Assembly (NCBI GenBank): GCA_951406725.2
Contig: OX597818.1
Span: 135,966,001 to 136,030,000, forward strand
DNA: 64,000 nt
Source: Octopus vulgaris
Taxonomy: Eukaryota
Direction: 5' to 3'
In this document: piece after piece, positions 52,437-64,000 of the stretch
How the letters are laid out: every line of letters starts with the position of its first letter
Numbering within the stretch: position 1 is the stretch's first letter
Program-made: the position numbers and the translations under genes
Notes under the pieces: generated by a model
The model's input: only the letters and a program-made list of their open reading frames with translations
The model's database searches: none
Told to the model about the DNA's origin: nothing

Positions 52437-53023
52437 ATTATTATTATTATGAAAGGCGGAAAAAAAAAAGCAAAAAGAAGGGAAAAAAATGGCTTTATTC
52501 CAGTATAAGAAATCCTCCTCATCATCCTCAAAGTCAATACAATCCACAGTCAGCATCATCATTATGGCCAGCATCCTCATCACTACCCATCAGCACATTC
52601 GTCATCATCATTACAACCACTACCACCACCATCAGTCGTCTAATTTTTGCACTGCTTCGCTTATGCATGCGAGCAACAATTGCCGCCTTGGTTATATTTT
52701 TACTCCCGTTCGATTATTATAAAACTCATAAAAGAGGACGAAACAACCAACAGACCCTAGTTGCTAGTCTTAATGATGAAAGGAGTTCGATCACTTGAAC
52801 ATGCCAGGCGCAATGTCATTTCTAATTGATAGGTCGGTCGCTCTGACTACGGTTACACACCAGTACACACCAATATAGATGCAGCAAAACCTCTTTAGAC
52901 GTATAAATGCTAACGAACTAAAAATATTTGACTGACGTTAGTAAAATATACCAAAATTAAACCTAGCAATGTTTTACACCACTACCTCACTAGATTTTTT
53001 TTATGCAGTACACAGGTACACTT

Positions 53024-53256
<233 letters not shown>

Positions 53257-54301
53257 GCGGGCACACAGGTATATATTAGAAAGACGAGAATTATAAAACT
53301 GAATAATAGATCATGTCGATTTTCGACCAACTCTTCCGCTTTCTATCGATTTTCATACAATGCAGTATAGTAGTTGTTCTACTAGTTGTTTTAGCTTAGC
53401 CTCTCTCTCTCTCTCTCTCTCTCTTTTCTTACTACTACTACTACTACTAATACTACTTTTAGTTGCACCTGTAATAGTAGTAGTAAGTAGTATGGCACAC
53501 GAAAACATTAAAACAAAAACAGAATCGAATTTATAAACTTTCACTCTGTATCTCTCCCTTTTCCCTACTTAAATATTACAGTTGATGATTTAGTAGAATC
53601 TAATGTAAATTTTCATAGAATCACACACCTCTATAATACACAGACACACATTCACACACACACGTACACACACACAAACACACACACTGAAATTGTTTAA
53701 TATGTTAAATGAGTATTATTTTTCAAATGCTTGCAAAGAGAGTTGATTAAAAATTACATACAGGAATAATGAATAATAATATATATAATTTTAAAAATCG
53801 ATCAAATATAAAATGAACCACGAGAATTTCAAAGATTAATTTAAATCGCACATTCCAAGACCCACACAAGAGAGAGAGAGAGAGCATTATAATTTTTGAT
53901 TAAAATTACTTATAAATGCTACCACTTTTGAAAAATAATAATTTGGTATTTTTTGTGTGGTTGATAGTTTTACTGCATGAAGCAAGATTTGTTACCATGC
54001 CAACATCTTGAAATGAATATGAAGGTAGTGGGAGCATACCCCACATTTTTGAGAGTATATTATTTTATGTAACCACACCTTCATCGGCAAACATTCTTCT
54101 TTTATACCGTTCGTAATAACAATTGCAAACAAACGTTTCTTACAAATTGTGGCTTAAATTATGAAAGGGTTTTCAGTAAAAAGAAAAGAAAGAGACACAC
54201 ACACACACACACACACAATCACAGTAATGAAGACAACACAGGAGGGACAAGTTTTAACAAATTGTATATTAGTTTAACGCTTAAAAATAAGGAAAAAAAA
54301 A

Positions 54302-54335
54302 CTTGACGTTTCGGACGCTTGCCTTTCATCAGAAG
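54302..54335 (-). ncRNA. Degenerate minimal hammerhead motif in a probable Penelope pLTR fragment
   Basis: Minus strand: CTT CTGATGA AAGGCAAGCGTCC GAAA CG TC AAG. Core boxes, ACGT palindrome, GUC triplet and 3-bp stem I present; stem II imperfect. Confidence 0.55.
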
Positions 54336-55122
54336 GAAGAAAAATAAAGGAGAGCGAATGAGAAAACAGAGGGAGGAAATAGAAAGGAATGTGAAGATAA
54401 AGAAAAAGGGGGCAGATGAAAGAAGTGAGGTCGTCGCGGGAGATTAGGTACAATATAGGAGATATTGAAAAAGAAAAAAAAGGTTGTATAAGCGTTGACA
54501 ATATATATTATGAAGGCAATGAACAGGCGCACATATATTTCCTATAGATGAAACTTCAAATATCTGACACTGAGTTTCATGTCACCGTTCTTCGAATGAA
54601 GTCAGAAGAATGAAACAAGAAACGTGAAACACTCACGAAATTCGAAGTTGCAGCTTTAATTAATACATTTTGGCACTCTACATTAAGTATTTAGTACTTG
54701 TATTTCCCTCCCCCACTTCTTTACACTGAAGCTTAATACACACACATTACATACATATTTACATATCCATCTGTATAACATACACATCAATACACATATG
54801 TACGTACAGATATTTACACACACGCACACACACAAATATATACATACCCCCATATGCATTCGTATATTTATCTGTGTGTGTGTACTCATGTATATATATA
54901 TATATATATATATATAACGAGGAAGCCTCTACATTATAAATATCAGCTAACTCTCCCTCAAATCTCACACACTAAGGTTTTAGAAATGGACACATCAGAG
55001 AATATAGTCCAGAACATACCACTCTTAAAATGAGATTGTCACAACTAGAATATCGGTTATCAAATCGAATGACTGGGGGTTAAATGACAGCCACCAACGT
55101 GTTTGCACACATATACATTTAA

Positions 55123-55154
55123 TATGTGTGTACATGCATGTACATATATATGTA

Positions 55155-55221
<67 letters not shown>

Positions 55222-55312
55222 ATATATATATATATATATAAATACATACATACACGTACATATGTGTGTACATGCATGTACATATATATGTATATCTATC
55301 TATCTATCTATC

Positions 55313-55410
<98 letters not shown>

Positions 55411-55432
55411 ATAAATACATACATACACGTAA
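55123..55432. repeat. (TATC)n array with a higher-order duplication
   Basis: ATGTGTGTACATGCATGTACATATATATG-(TATC)n-ATAAATACATACATACACGTA occurs twice in tandem. Confidence 0.92.
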
Positions 55433-55773
55433 TAGATATATATATATATACATATATTTGTGTGTTGATGTGTGTGTATATATATGCATATGTGTGTACA
55501 CACACACACGCATGCACACTGCACGCTCATACATATATATATGCGTGTTTGTAGCTGATATATAATGTGAATAGAGTCGATGGATTAACAACCATGATGC
55601 GTGAACGGTATGTTTTGGGTGAGGTAAGCCAAAACCCCCCAAAAAAGAAAGATTTTTTGGGACGGATAGATGCGATGACTGAGCTGTGTGTTGACAGGTG
55701 ATAGATGCTGCATTGCAGACCTAGTCAACCCATGTCAGCTGGTAATAAAAAAAAAAGTACACTAAGACGATAT

Positions 55774-55807
<34 letters not shown>

Positions 55808-58202
55808 GAGAATGAAGGGGAGGATGATACACAGACAGTGATAAAAGAAGACAGATAGACTTACAAATGAATGGAGATATCGTAGAAAGGATGTTGAGAC
55901 AGATAAAAATGTGCGTAGATGGAAAGATACACAGATAGACAAATAGATAGATATGAATAAAATAGTTCATGTGCAGAGAAGGGGATAGAGAGCGACAGAA
56001 GTGCAACATTTTATATACGTATTGAGAATAGGTAGGGTTAATTAATACAAAGAGAGATAAACGAATATAGAGACATATGGATAGGTAGATATATAGATGA
56101 ATAGGAACACAGAAATAGACATAGATGAAAGAGAGAGAGAGAGAGAGTGTGTGTGTGAAAGAGAGGGAGAGTGTGTGTGTGTGTGTGTGTGTGTGGGAGA
56201 GAGATCGATAACATACACTTTCTCTTACACACACGATAGAGGCGAAAGAAATGAATTTACAATAGGGAGTATCTGGAGCAAAACGAATACGAAGAGAAAG
56301 AGAAAGAGTAAGAAAGAATACGAAGAGAAAGAGAAAGAGTAAGAAAGACTAGAAAAGAATAGAGAGTGTGTGTGTTGCAAGGTGGTGGTGGGGGGAGAGA
56401 AGGGAAGATGGTAGAAAATATTATTTCACGACCTGACATGAATTAAGTAAAAACCTAGTAGCAGTAGTTTCAGTAATTTTATAATCAAAGTGAATATACA
56501 AGTAGTAGTAATAGTAGTAGTAGTGGTGGTGATGGTGGTAGTAGTAATAGTAGTAGTTTGCCCCACCCCAACTACCCCAAAAATCTGCCTCGGATACAGT
56601 AAGACATAATTTTAATTTTCTTACTTCAGTCATAGAATATCCAAATATCATAAGTTATACAAATGCATCCATAATTTTTAAAAGACGGAAGAGTGTGATT
56701 TCAGGAAAAATTTGGCTGCTCTTTCGAGCAGGTTCTAGCGATCGCGTCGAGGTCCTTATGTTGGGAGATGATATAAAAGATAGCGGCAGTCGTTGAGAGT
56801 AGCAACAGCATCAAATACTAAAGATTAATGACATCAGATAGTAATAGTAATTAATAATAATACTAATGATAATTGATAATCATAATGACGACGACGACGA
56901 CGACGATGATGTCTTAATTTGCTAATCACATAATGTTATCTTCTACCACTAAGTGGAATTACGAGTTCACTTCTCTATTTACAGGGGTGTAGAAAAAAAC
57001 AGGGGACCCCTGTGACAGACACAAGTTTCTTGAGGGTATCGAAGCGCGACAGTTCGATATACCGAGTCTTTTTATAGAATTCGGTTGGAATAGCCGAGTC
57101 GTTAGCACGTCGGACAAAATGTCTACGGGGTATTTTAGTTACGGCCCTTTATGCTCAGAGATCGAATCCCACCAAGATCAACTTTGCCTTTCATTCTTCC
57201 AGAATCGATGAAATAAAGTACCAGTCAAATATATTCTAGAAGAGATAAGCAATTTATACAACTGAAAGGCCTATAAAGTTGGTAACCATGATCATCACAC
57301 ACATCTCTCTCTCTCTCTACACACACACAAATGTATAATATATTTTTGAGTGTTGTGTGACTAAAACTAAAACTACATCGATGAATGTGATGAGACTTGA
57401 CGAAATTTATTTTTAAAAGAAGAGATATAATCGATACATTGAAATAAGAGGCGACACATTTGAGGAAGGGGGTATCATAGTGCACTTCGTCGAGACTTGA
57501 ACTCAGAACGTAAAAATTACTAAATATTATTAGACATCTTGTCCGATGCCCTACCAATTCAACATCAATAATGAACTTGTGTTCACTTCACCGACTGCTT
57601 GGTCAGAAAGTGATTTGAAATCAGAACAGTGAACAATATACGAAATACATGGTCAACCTCTAGTTTTTGAGGACCTCACTTTCCTATTTGGGAAACGGGG
57701 ATAGATATCGACTCCAGTACGCAACTGGTACTTCATGTTAACGACTCCGGGAGAAAGAGGGTAAATTTGTGAGCTTTGCAGGATTCGAACTCAGATCTCA
57801 GAATGTGAAGAGCCAGAGTCAACTACCTGAAGACATTTTGTCCGACCTTGATGACTCTATTGAATAATGATTGATGATGACGGAGATGTTGATGACAATG
57901 GTAAGAAGCATGATGATGAGGATGTCAGGGCGATCATGCTGTGCTGGCGACAGATGTGATGTGTTAATTAATGATAGATGTGATAATGCTGTAGTGTGTT
58001 ATTGGCAATGTATATATGCAAGTGTGTATATATGTACGTATGCATGCATATATATACAGACACGTGGAAAATAAAGGTACAAACATTAAAACGTTCTTTA
58101 CATCTCGTCTCACGTATAATGTAAACTGCTACATGTTGATTGTAGTTTCTTTTTTAGACTAACATGCATTATATACCTATAGGTATTCATACATATATGT
58201 GT

Positions 58203-58262
<60 letters not shown>

Positions 58263-58289
58263 AAATGTATAAATAAACGAATGTAAAAA

Positions 58290-58715
58290 CGTATGTATGT
58301 ATGATGTATGTGTGAATGTAGGTATATACGTACGTATATGTATGTATGATGTATGTATGTATGATGTATGTATGTATGAATGTACGTATATACGTACGTA
58401 TATGTATGTATGTATGATGTATGTATGTATGTATGTATGTTTGTATGTATGTATGTATGTGTGAATGTACGTATATACGTAAGTATATGTATGTATGTAT
58501 GTATGTATGTACGTATATGTATGTATGTATGATGTATGTATGTATGTTTGTATGTATGTATGTATGTGTGAATGTACGTATATACGTACGTATATGTATG
58601 TATGTATGAATGTACGTATATGTATGTATGTATGTATGTATGTATGATGTATGTATGTATGTATGTATGTATGTATGTATGTATGTATGTGTGTGTGCGT
58701 GCGTGTGTGTGTGCT
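58290..58715. repeat. (TATG)n-derived array with higher-order units
   Basis: GAATGTACGTATATACGTA motif recurs among TATG runs. Confidence 0.92.
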
Positions 58716-59014
58716 TGTGTATAACATTTCAACAGAAATCGATTTCGTTGAAACGATATTTTAATTCAATTTTTACCGAAAAGAAATTGTGAGACCACAA
58801 AGAAAGAAATAGGAACATAAATAAACGGATGTAGCAATTCAATTACAAGAAGCAACACATTCACACACACACACACACACACACACATAGACACACACAT
58901 CACACATCCATACGCATATGTCGGTGTACGTATGTACGTGTTCACACACACACGCACACACACATTTATACATACAGATATGGAAGTGTGTAAATATATA
59001 TGTAAAAATTTACC

Positions 59015-59151
<137 letters not shown>

Positions 59152-59252
59152 GAAATTATAAAATTAATTAAGGGTAGAAATTGATATTTATCAATTAAAA
59201 CCAGTGGTCTAGTGTATTAAAAAGAATCCGAAGATTAAAATATATATATATA

Positions 59253-59436
59253 TACCAATTAAGGACTGAAAACGAAAAGTGGACAGTCAACATGCTAGAT
59301 ATAGACGTCAAATCGCCATTCTCCACAAAGATTATGTTCTCAAATAAAACTCAGCACAAAATCTTTGTGAAGAATGGCGATTTGACGTCTATATCTAGCA
59401 TGTTGACTGTCCACTTTTCGTGTTCAGTCCTTAATT

Positions 59437-59440
<4 letters not shown>
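59253..59440. repeat. Inverted repeat (~80-bp arms, ~25-bp spacer) inside (TA)n
   Basis: TACCAATTAAGGACTGAA...CACAAAGATT mirrored by AATCTTTGTG...TTCAGTCCTTAATTGGTA, two mismatches by eye. Confidence 0.92.
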
Positions 59441-59480
<40 letters not shown>

Positions 59481-59527
59481 GTGTGTGTGTGTGTGTATAT
59501 TAAATGTCTGTCGACACACGTCTGTGA

Positions 59528-59605
<78 letters not shown>

Positions 59606-59789
59606 ATATATAAAAGATTGTTTTCGTTTATTTGCTACTCCGATTTTGCGTATGTGAATCGCAGGGTTTGTCGTATATGGAACCTCTCTTTGTAGAAAAT
59701 GGAAAAAAATAGTCTTTGACTGCCATTTCTAATTCCTTCGGTATGCGGCGAAGCAGCCTGTTGCCCGCCCTTTTAATTATATAAACATA

Positions 59790-60222
59790 TATATATACAT
59801 AGGTACATACATACATACATACATACATATAGGTACATACATACATACATACATATAGGTACATACATACATACATACATACATATAGGTACATACATAT
59901 AGGTACATACATATATACATACATACATACATAAATACATAAATACATACATACATTAATACATACATACATAAATACATATAGGTACATACATACATAC
60001 AGATATACATACATACATACATACATACATATAGGTACATACATACATACATACAGATATACATACATACACACATACGTACATATAGGTACATACATAC
60101 ATACATTCATACATACATACATATAGATATACATACATACATTCATACATACATATAGGTACATACATACATACATATAGATATACATACATATAGGTAC
60201 ATACATATAGATATACATTACA
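59790..60222. repeat. (TACA)n-derived array
   Basis: Direct reading, with recurring ATAGGTAC and AGATATAC variants. Confidence 0.93.
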
Positions 60223-60253
60223 TGGATCAATCAATAGATATAATCGAATACAA

Positions 60254-60718
60254 ACTTACCTTAAAAGAGTAATAATAACATGATCTGATCGCAAACAGGT
60301 AAATGATATCGATTACGACCCTCACACAGAAACACTACCTTGTTGCCACCGCAGAAAAAACACACACACACATATATATATATATATATTATAGTTGTGT
60401 GTTTTCCGGGGTAGAAAAACCAAGCAGTGCTGTGCCGCCCGGGGTGGATGAAATGTACAAGTGCTCCTTTCTCTAATTAAAAAAAACTTCACTCACTTCT
60501 AGTTTCTATATATATACACATATATATATATATATATATACTAAAGGTAGATCTATGTTAATCTACTGGACGAAAAGAAGGCGTTTTACTCCGACTATGT
60601 GATTTTTTTTTTTAGTGTACGTTATGGCCAAATGTTGCGCTTTCCTGTCGCTATTAAAACAACAACACTGCGACAGAGCAGCGGCGGCATTAAACAAACA
60701 GTTGAGATATTGCCTTGC

Positions 60719-60749
<31 letters not shown>

Positions 60750-60960
60750 GCTGTGTCTTTCTGTCTCTCTCTCTGTGTCTCTGTGTCTCTCTCACTTCGC
60801 CGAGTAAAAGCGAGGTTGGTCTGCCTTGCATGGAAAGTGGAAAGGCAGGTCATGTGACTCTCTCTCTCTCTTTGCAGCCAACCAGCAGCCGCGGCAGAAG
60901 ATTGATGCGTGCGTGTGCGTGCGTGCGTGCATAGTAGCAGCCGATGCTTCAGTCGCTGCT
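60254..60960 (-). promoter_or_regulatory. Putative promoter/first non-coding exon of a minus-strand gene
   Basis: Consensus donor AAG|GTAAGT at 60260/60259. The adjacent unique sequence is relatively GC/CpG-rich with GA-repeat tracts and is flanked by microsatellite fields. TSS not locatable. Confidence 0.42.
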
Positions 60961-61026
60961 TTGCTTTTTTTGTTTTTTGTTTTTTTCGTTTGTTTGTTGG
61001 TTTTTTTTTTTTACTTTCGGTTTGCA

Positions 61027-61187
61027 CACAGACACAGACACGCGCACAGAGACACACACACACACACCAACACAGACACACACACACATACACACGCACA
61101 CACACAGACACACACACACACACGCACACACACACACAGACACACACGCGCACACACATGCTCACACACACACACACACACCAACAC

Positions 61188-61268
<81 letters not shown>
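61027..61268. repeat. (CA)n microsatellite
   Basis: Direct reading. Confidence 0.96.
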
Positions 61269-61271
<3 letters not shown>

Positions 61272-61409
61272 TTGTATGTATATTGGAAGTCGCTTATTAT
61301 AATTGCAGGCAATGTTATCAACCGGTTAGTGTTATCTCAATTGGTGGGGGCCGGTTGTTTTTATTCAAAAGGCTTCGTCCCAAAGTGATGCCAACCAGCG
61401 GCTTCCATT

Positions 61410-61475
61410 TGTATGTATGTATGTATGTATGTATGTATGTATGTATGTATGTATGTATGTATGTATATACGTACG

Positions 61476-61506
<31 letters not shown>

Positions 61507-61815
61507 GTGAATGTATGTATGTAGGTATATGTGTGTGTGTATGTATGTATGTATGTATGTATGTATGCATGTATGTATGTATGTATGTATGTATGTATGT
61601 ATGTATGTATGTATGTATGTATGTATGCATGCATGTATGTATGTATGTATGTATGTATGTATGTATGTATGTATGTATGTATGCATGTATGTATGTATGT
61701 ATGTATGTATGTATGTATGTATGTATGTATGTATGTATGTATGTATGTATGTATGTATGTATGTATGTATGTATGTATGCATGTATGTATGTATGTATGT
61801 ATGTATGTATGTATG

Positions 61816-61849
<34 letters not shown>

Positions 61850-61887
61850 TGTATGTATGTATGTATGTATGTATGTATGTATGTATG

Positions 61888-61918
<31 letters not shown>

Positions 61919-61995
61919 TTATGTATGTATGTATGTATGTATGTATGTATGTATGTATGTATGTATGTATGTATGTATGTATGTATGTATGTATG
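61410..61995. repeat. ~585-bp (TATG)n array
   Basis: Direct reading. Confidence 0.97.
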
Positions 61996-62637
61996 GACAC
62001 ATGCATGCATAGATATATGATTTTATTATATCTTGATGGTGATTCTCAAATCCGTATGACTCGATAGCAGAAAAAAATTCTTTATATCGTGTTTTATCTA
62101 TATTTACGATCCTGTTTTAGATAATGACCACGCAATCGCGAGAAGTACCCTGCCATCTGACTGACCCTTGTGTCCGCAACCCAGAGGAACTTAGGAAAAA
62201 AAGTAAAAAGAAACGGAGCACCTGGAGAAAAGAGGACTGCATTTCTCTAGCCTGCCGTAGATGAAAACAAGCTTATTGCTTTATTTAAAGGACACCTTTA
62301 TGCACCCTGTCACAACACCACCATTCAACAGTGCAGTTCATTGGAACAGCCGAGCTGGACCATTCGCAGTTTAACCTCCATAAATTATCCAGAGGCCGTT
62401 TCGCTAACTACCACTTGTGGACGCGCCCTTATCCTATTGTAGCAGCAAATGCAACATTACACACACACACACAGAGTTCCAGCTTATGTCTTTTACATTA
62501 AATCCATTCATATTTATTGATGTACAAATTAATTCACAATTCACACACATTGCACTTGCCGGGCGTTTTAACATTTTAACATCTGACTTACCTATCTGTC
62601 TATTTGTCTATATAACGCCCCACCCTTTTGTTTTTTT

Positions 62638-63160
<523 letters not shown>

Positions 63161-63605
63161 TACTCACCTACTTGTCTGCCTCACTTCGTCTCCGTATCCA
63201 TAAAACAAGGACAGACGTTTTATGTATTCACTGGATTTGCTAGAAATAGCAGCCAAATTGCCCTGGAGTGACATCTTAAAAGAAACATTGATTAATGTAG
63301 TTTTAGATGTGTTTAAGGGTTATGATCACGGATAAACTGTCGCAGGTCCGCTGACCCAGGGCTGACTTTGGGTTAAACAACACGCGTGAATGTTTTTACG
63401 CGTGCAGTTAGCCGGGCAGTTAGTGTCGTGTGAATAGTGAAAGTGGAATAAATTAATTCGAGATATATTAAATGTAAATTTTAAGATTGCAAACACGCTT
63501 GGAAACCGGCTTTGGATTTTCTGCCGTAAATCTCATTGTCCCACGTTCCTGAGTTCAATTTCTGCTACCATTTAGTCCCCGGTGATAATAACATTGATAC
63601 CAATT

Positions 63606-64000
63606 TCTCTCTATATAAAGCTGAAGTTGTTTGTCTGTGTGTGGCAGGTTTGGTAGCCTTCAACTAACACTATCTCCTCCGAGACCCTGCGGCGCAAGTT
63701 GACCAAAATTGAGAGTATGATAGAAGAAGGCTTGCTCTTCTTTCCGTAGAAGAGAAAATTCAAATCGGACCATGTTAACACCAAAAATTATTTACATCAA
63801 AAAGGTGCTTTTTTTCTATGAAAATCCCTATTTTTTTACGATTTTTTGACTGCTGTGTCGCCATTTTTCGGTGTATTTCAACCAGGAAAATGTTCACTTA
63901 AAGAGGATAACAAGCTACATAATGCAAAATTTTTACTTTTCAAAAATTCCAATTCTAAAGGGTTGAAACAAACCCGAGCAACGCCGGGTGATACTGCTAT
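63606..64000 (+). mobile_element. Non-autonomous Helitron, different internal sequence, same 3' end
   Basis: Starts TCTCTCTATATAAAG and ends AAACCCGAGCAACGCCGGGTGATACTGCTAT at the window edge. Confidence 0.82.

Overview
AT-rich, repeat-dense animal DNA that is almost entirely non-coding. The SINE repertoire and microsatellite load point to a cephalopod, most likely Octopus; this is recalled, not searched. I find no intact host protein-coding exon. Nearly all ORFs in the supplied track are microsatellite or SINE read-throughs. The window holds three abundant tRNA-headed SINE families (A, B, C) and a head-less (GAT)n-tailed retroposon with 66-bp tandem units (D). It also holds a ~219-bp TTAA/piggyBac-type MITE (6 copies), non-autonomous Helitrons (3), four RTE-clade LINE fragments (one with three C2H2 fingers) and a Penelope-type RT relic. 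There are several long inverted repeats and large microsatellite fields at 52-63 kb. The most interesting signal is a set of minimal type I hammerhead ribozyme folds inside small inverted-repeat, Penelope-like elements. One is canonical (35280-35337, minus). A back-to-back pair (19832-19949) has the conserved C3-G8 core pair swapped to G3-C8 and sits in an element with a 12-bp target-site duplication. A third is degenerate (54302-54335). Splice signals and a sharp CpG shift near 50 kb suggest the window is the 5' end and first introns of a minus-strand gene starting near 60.3-61 kb.
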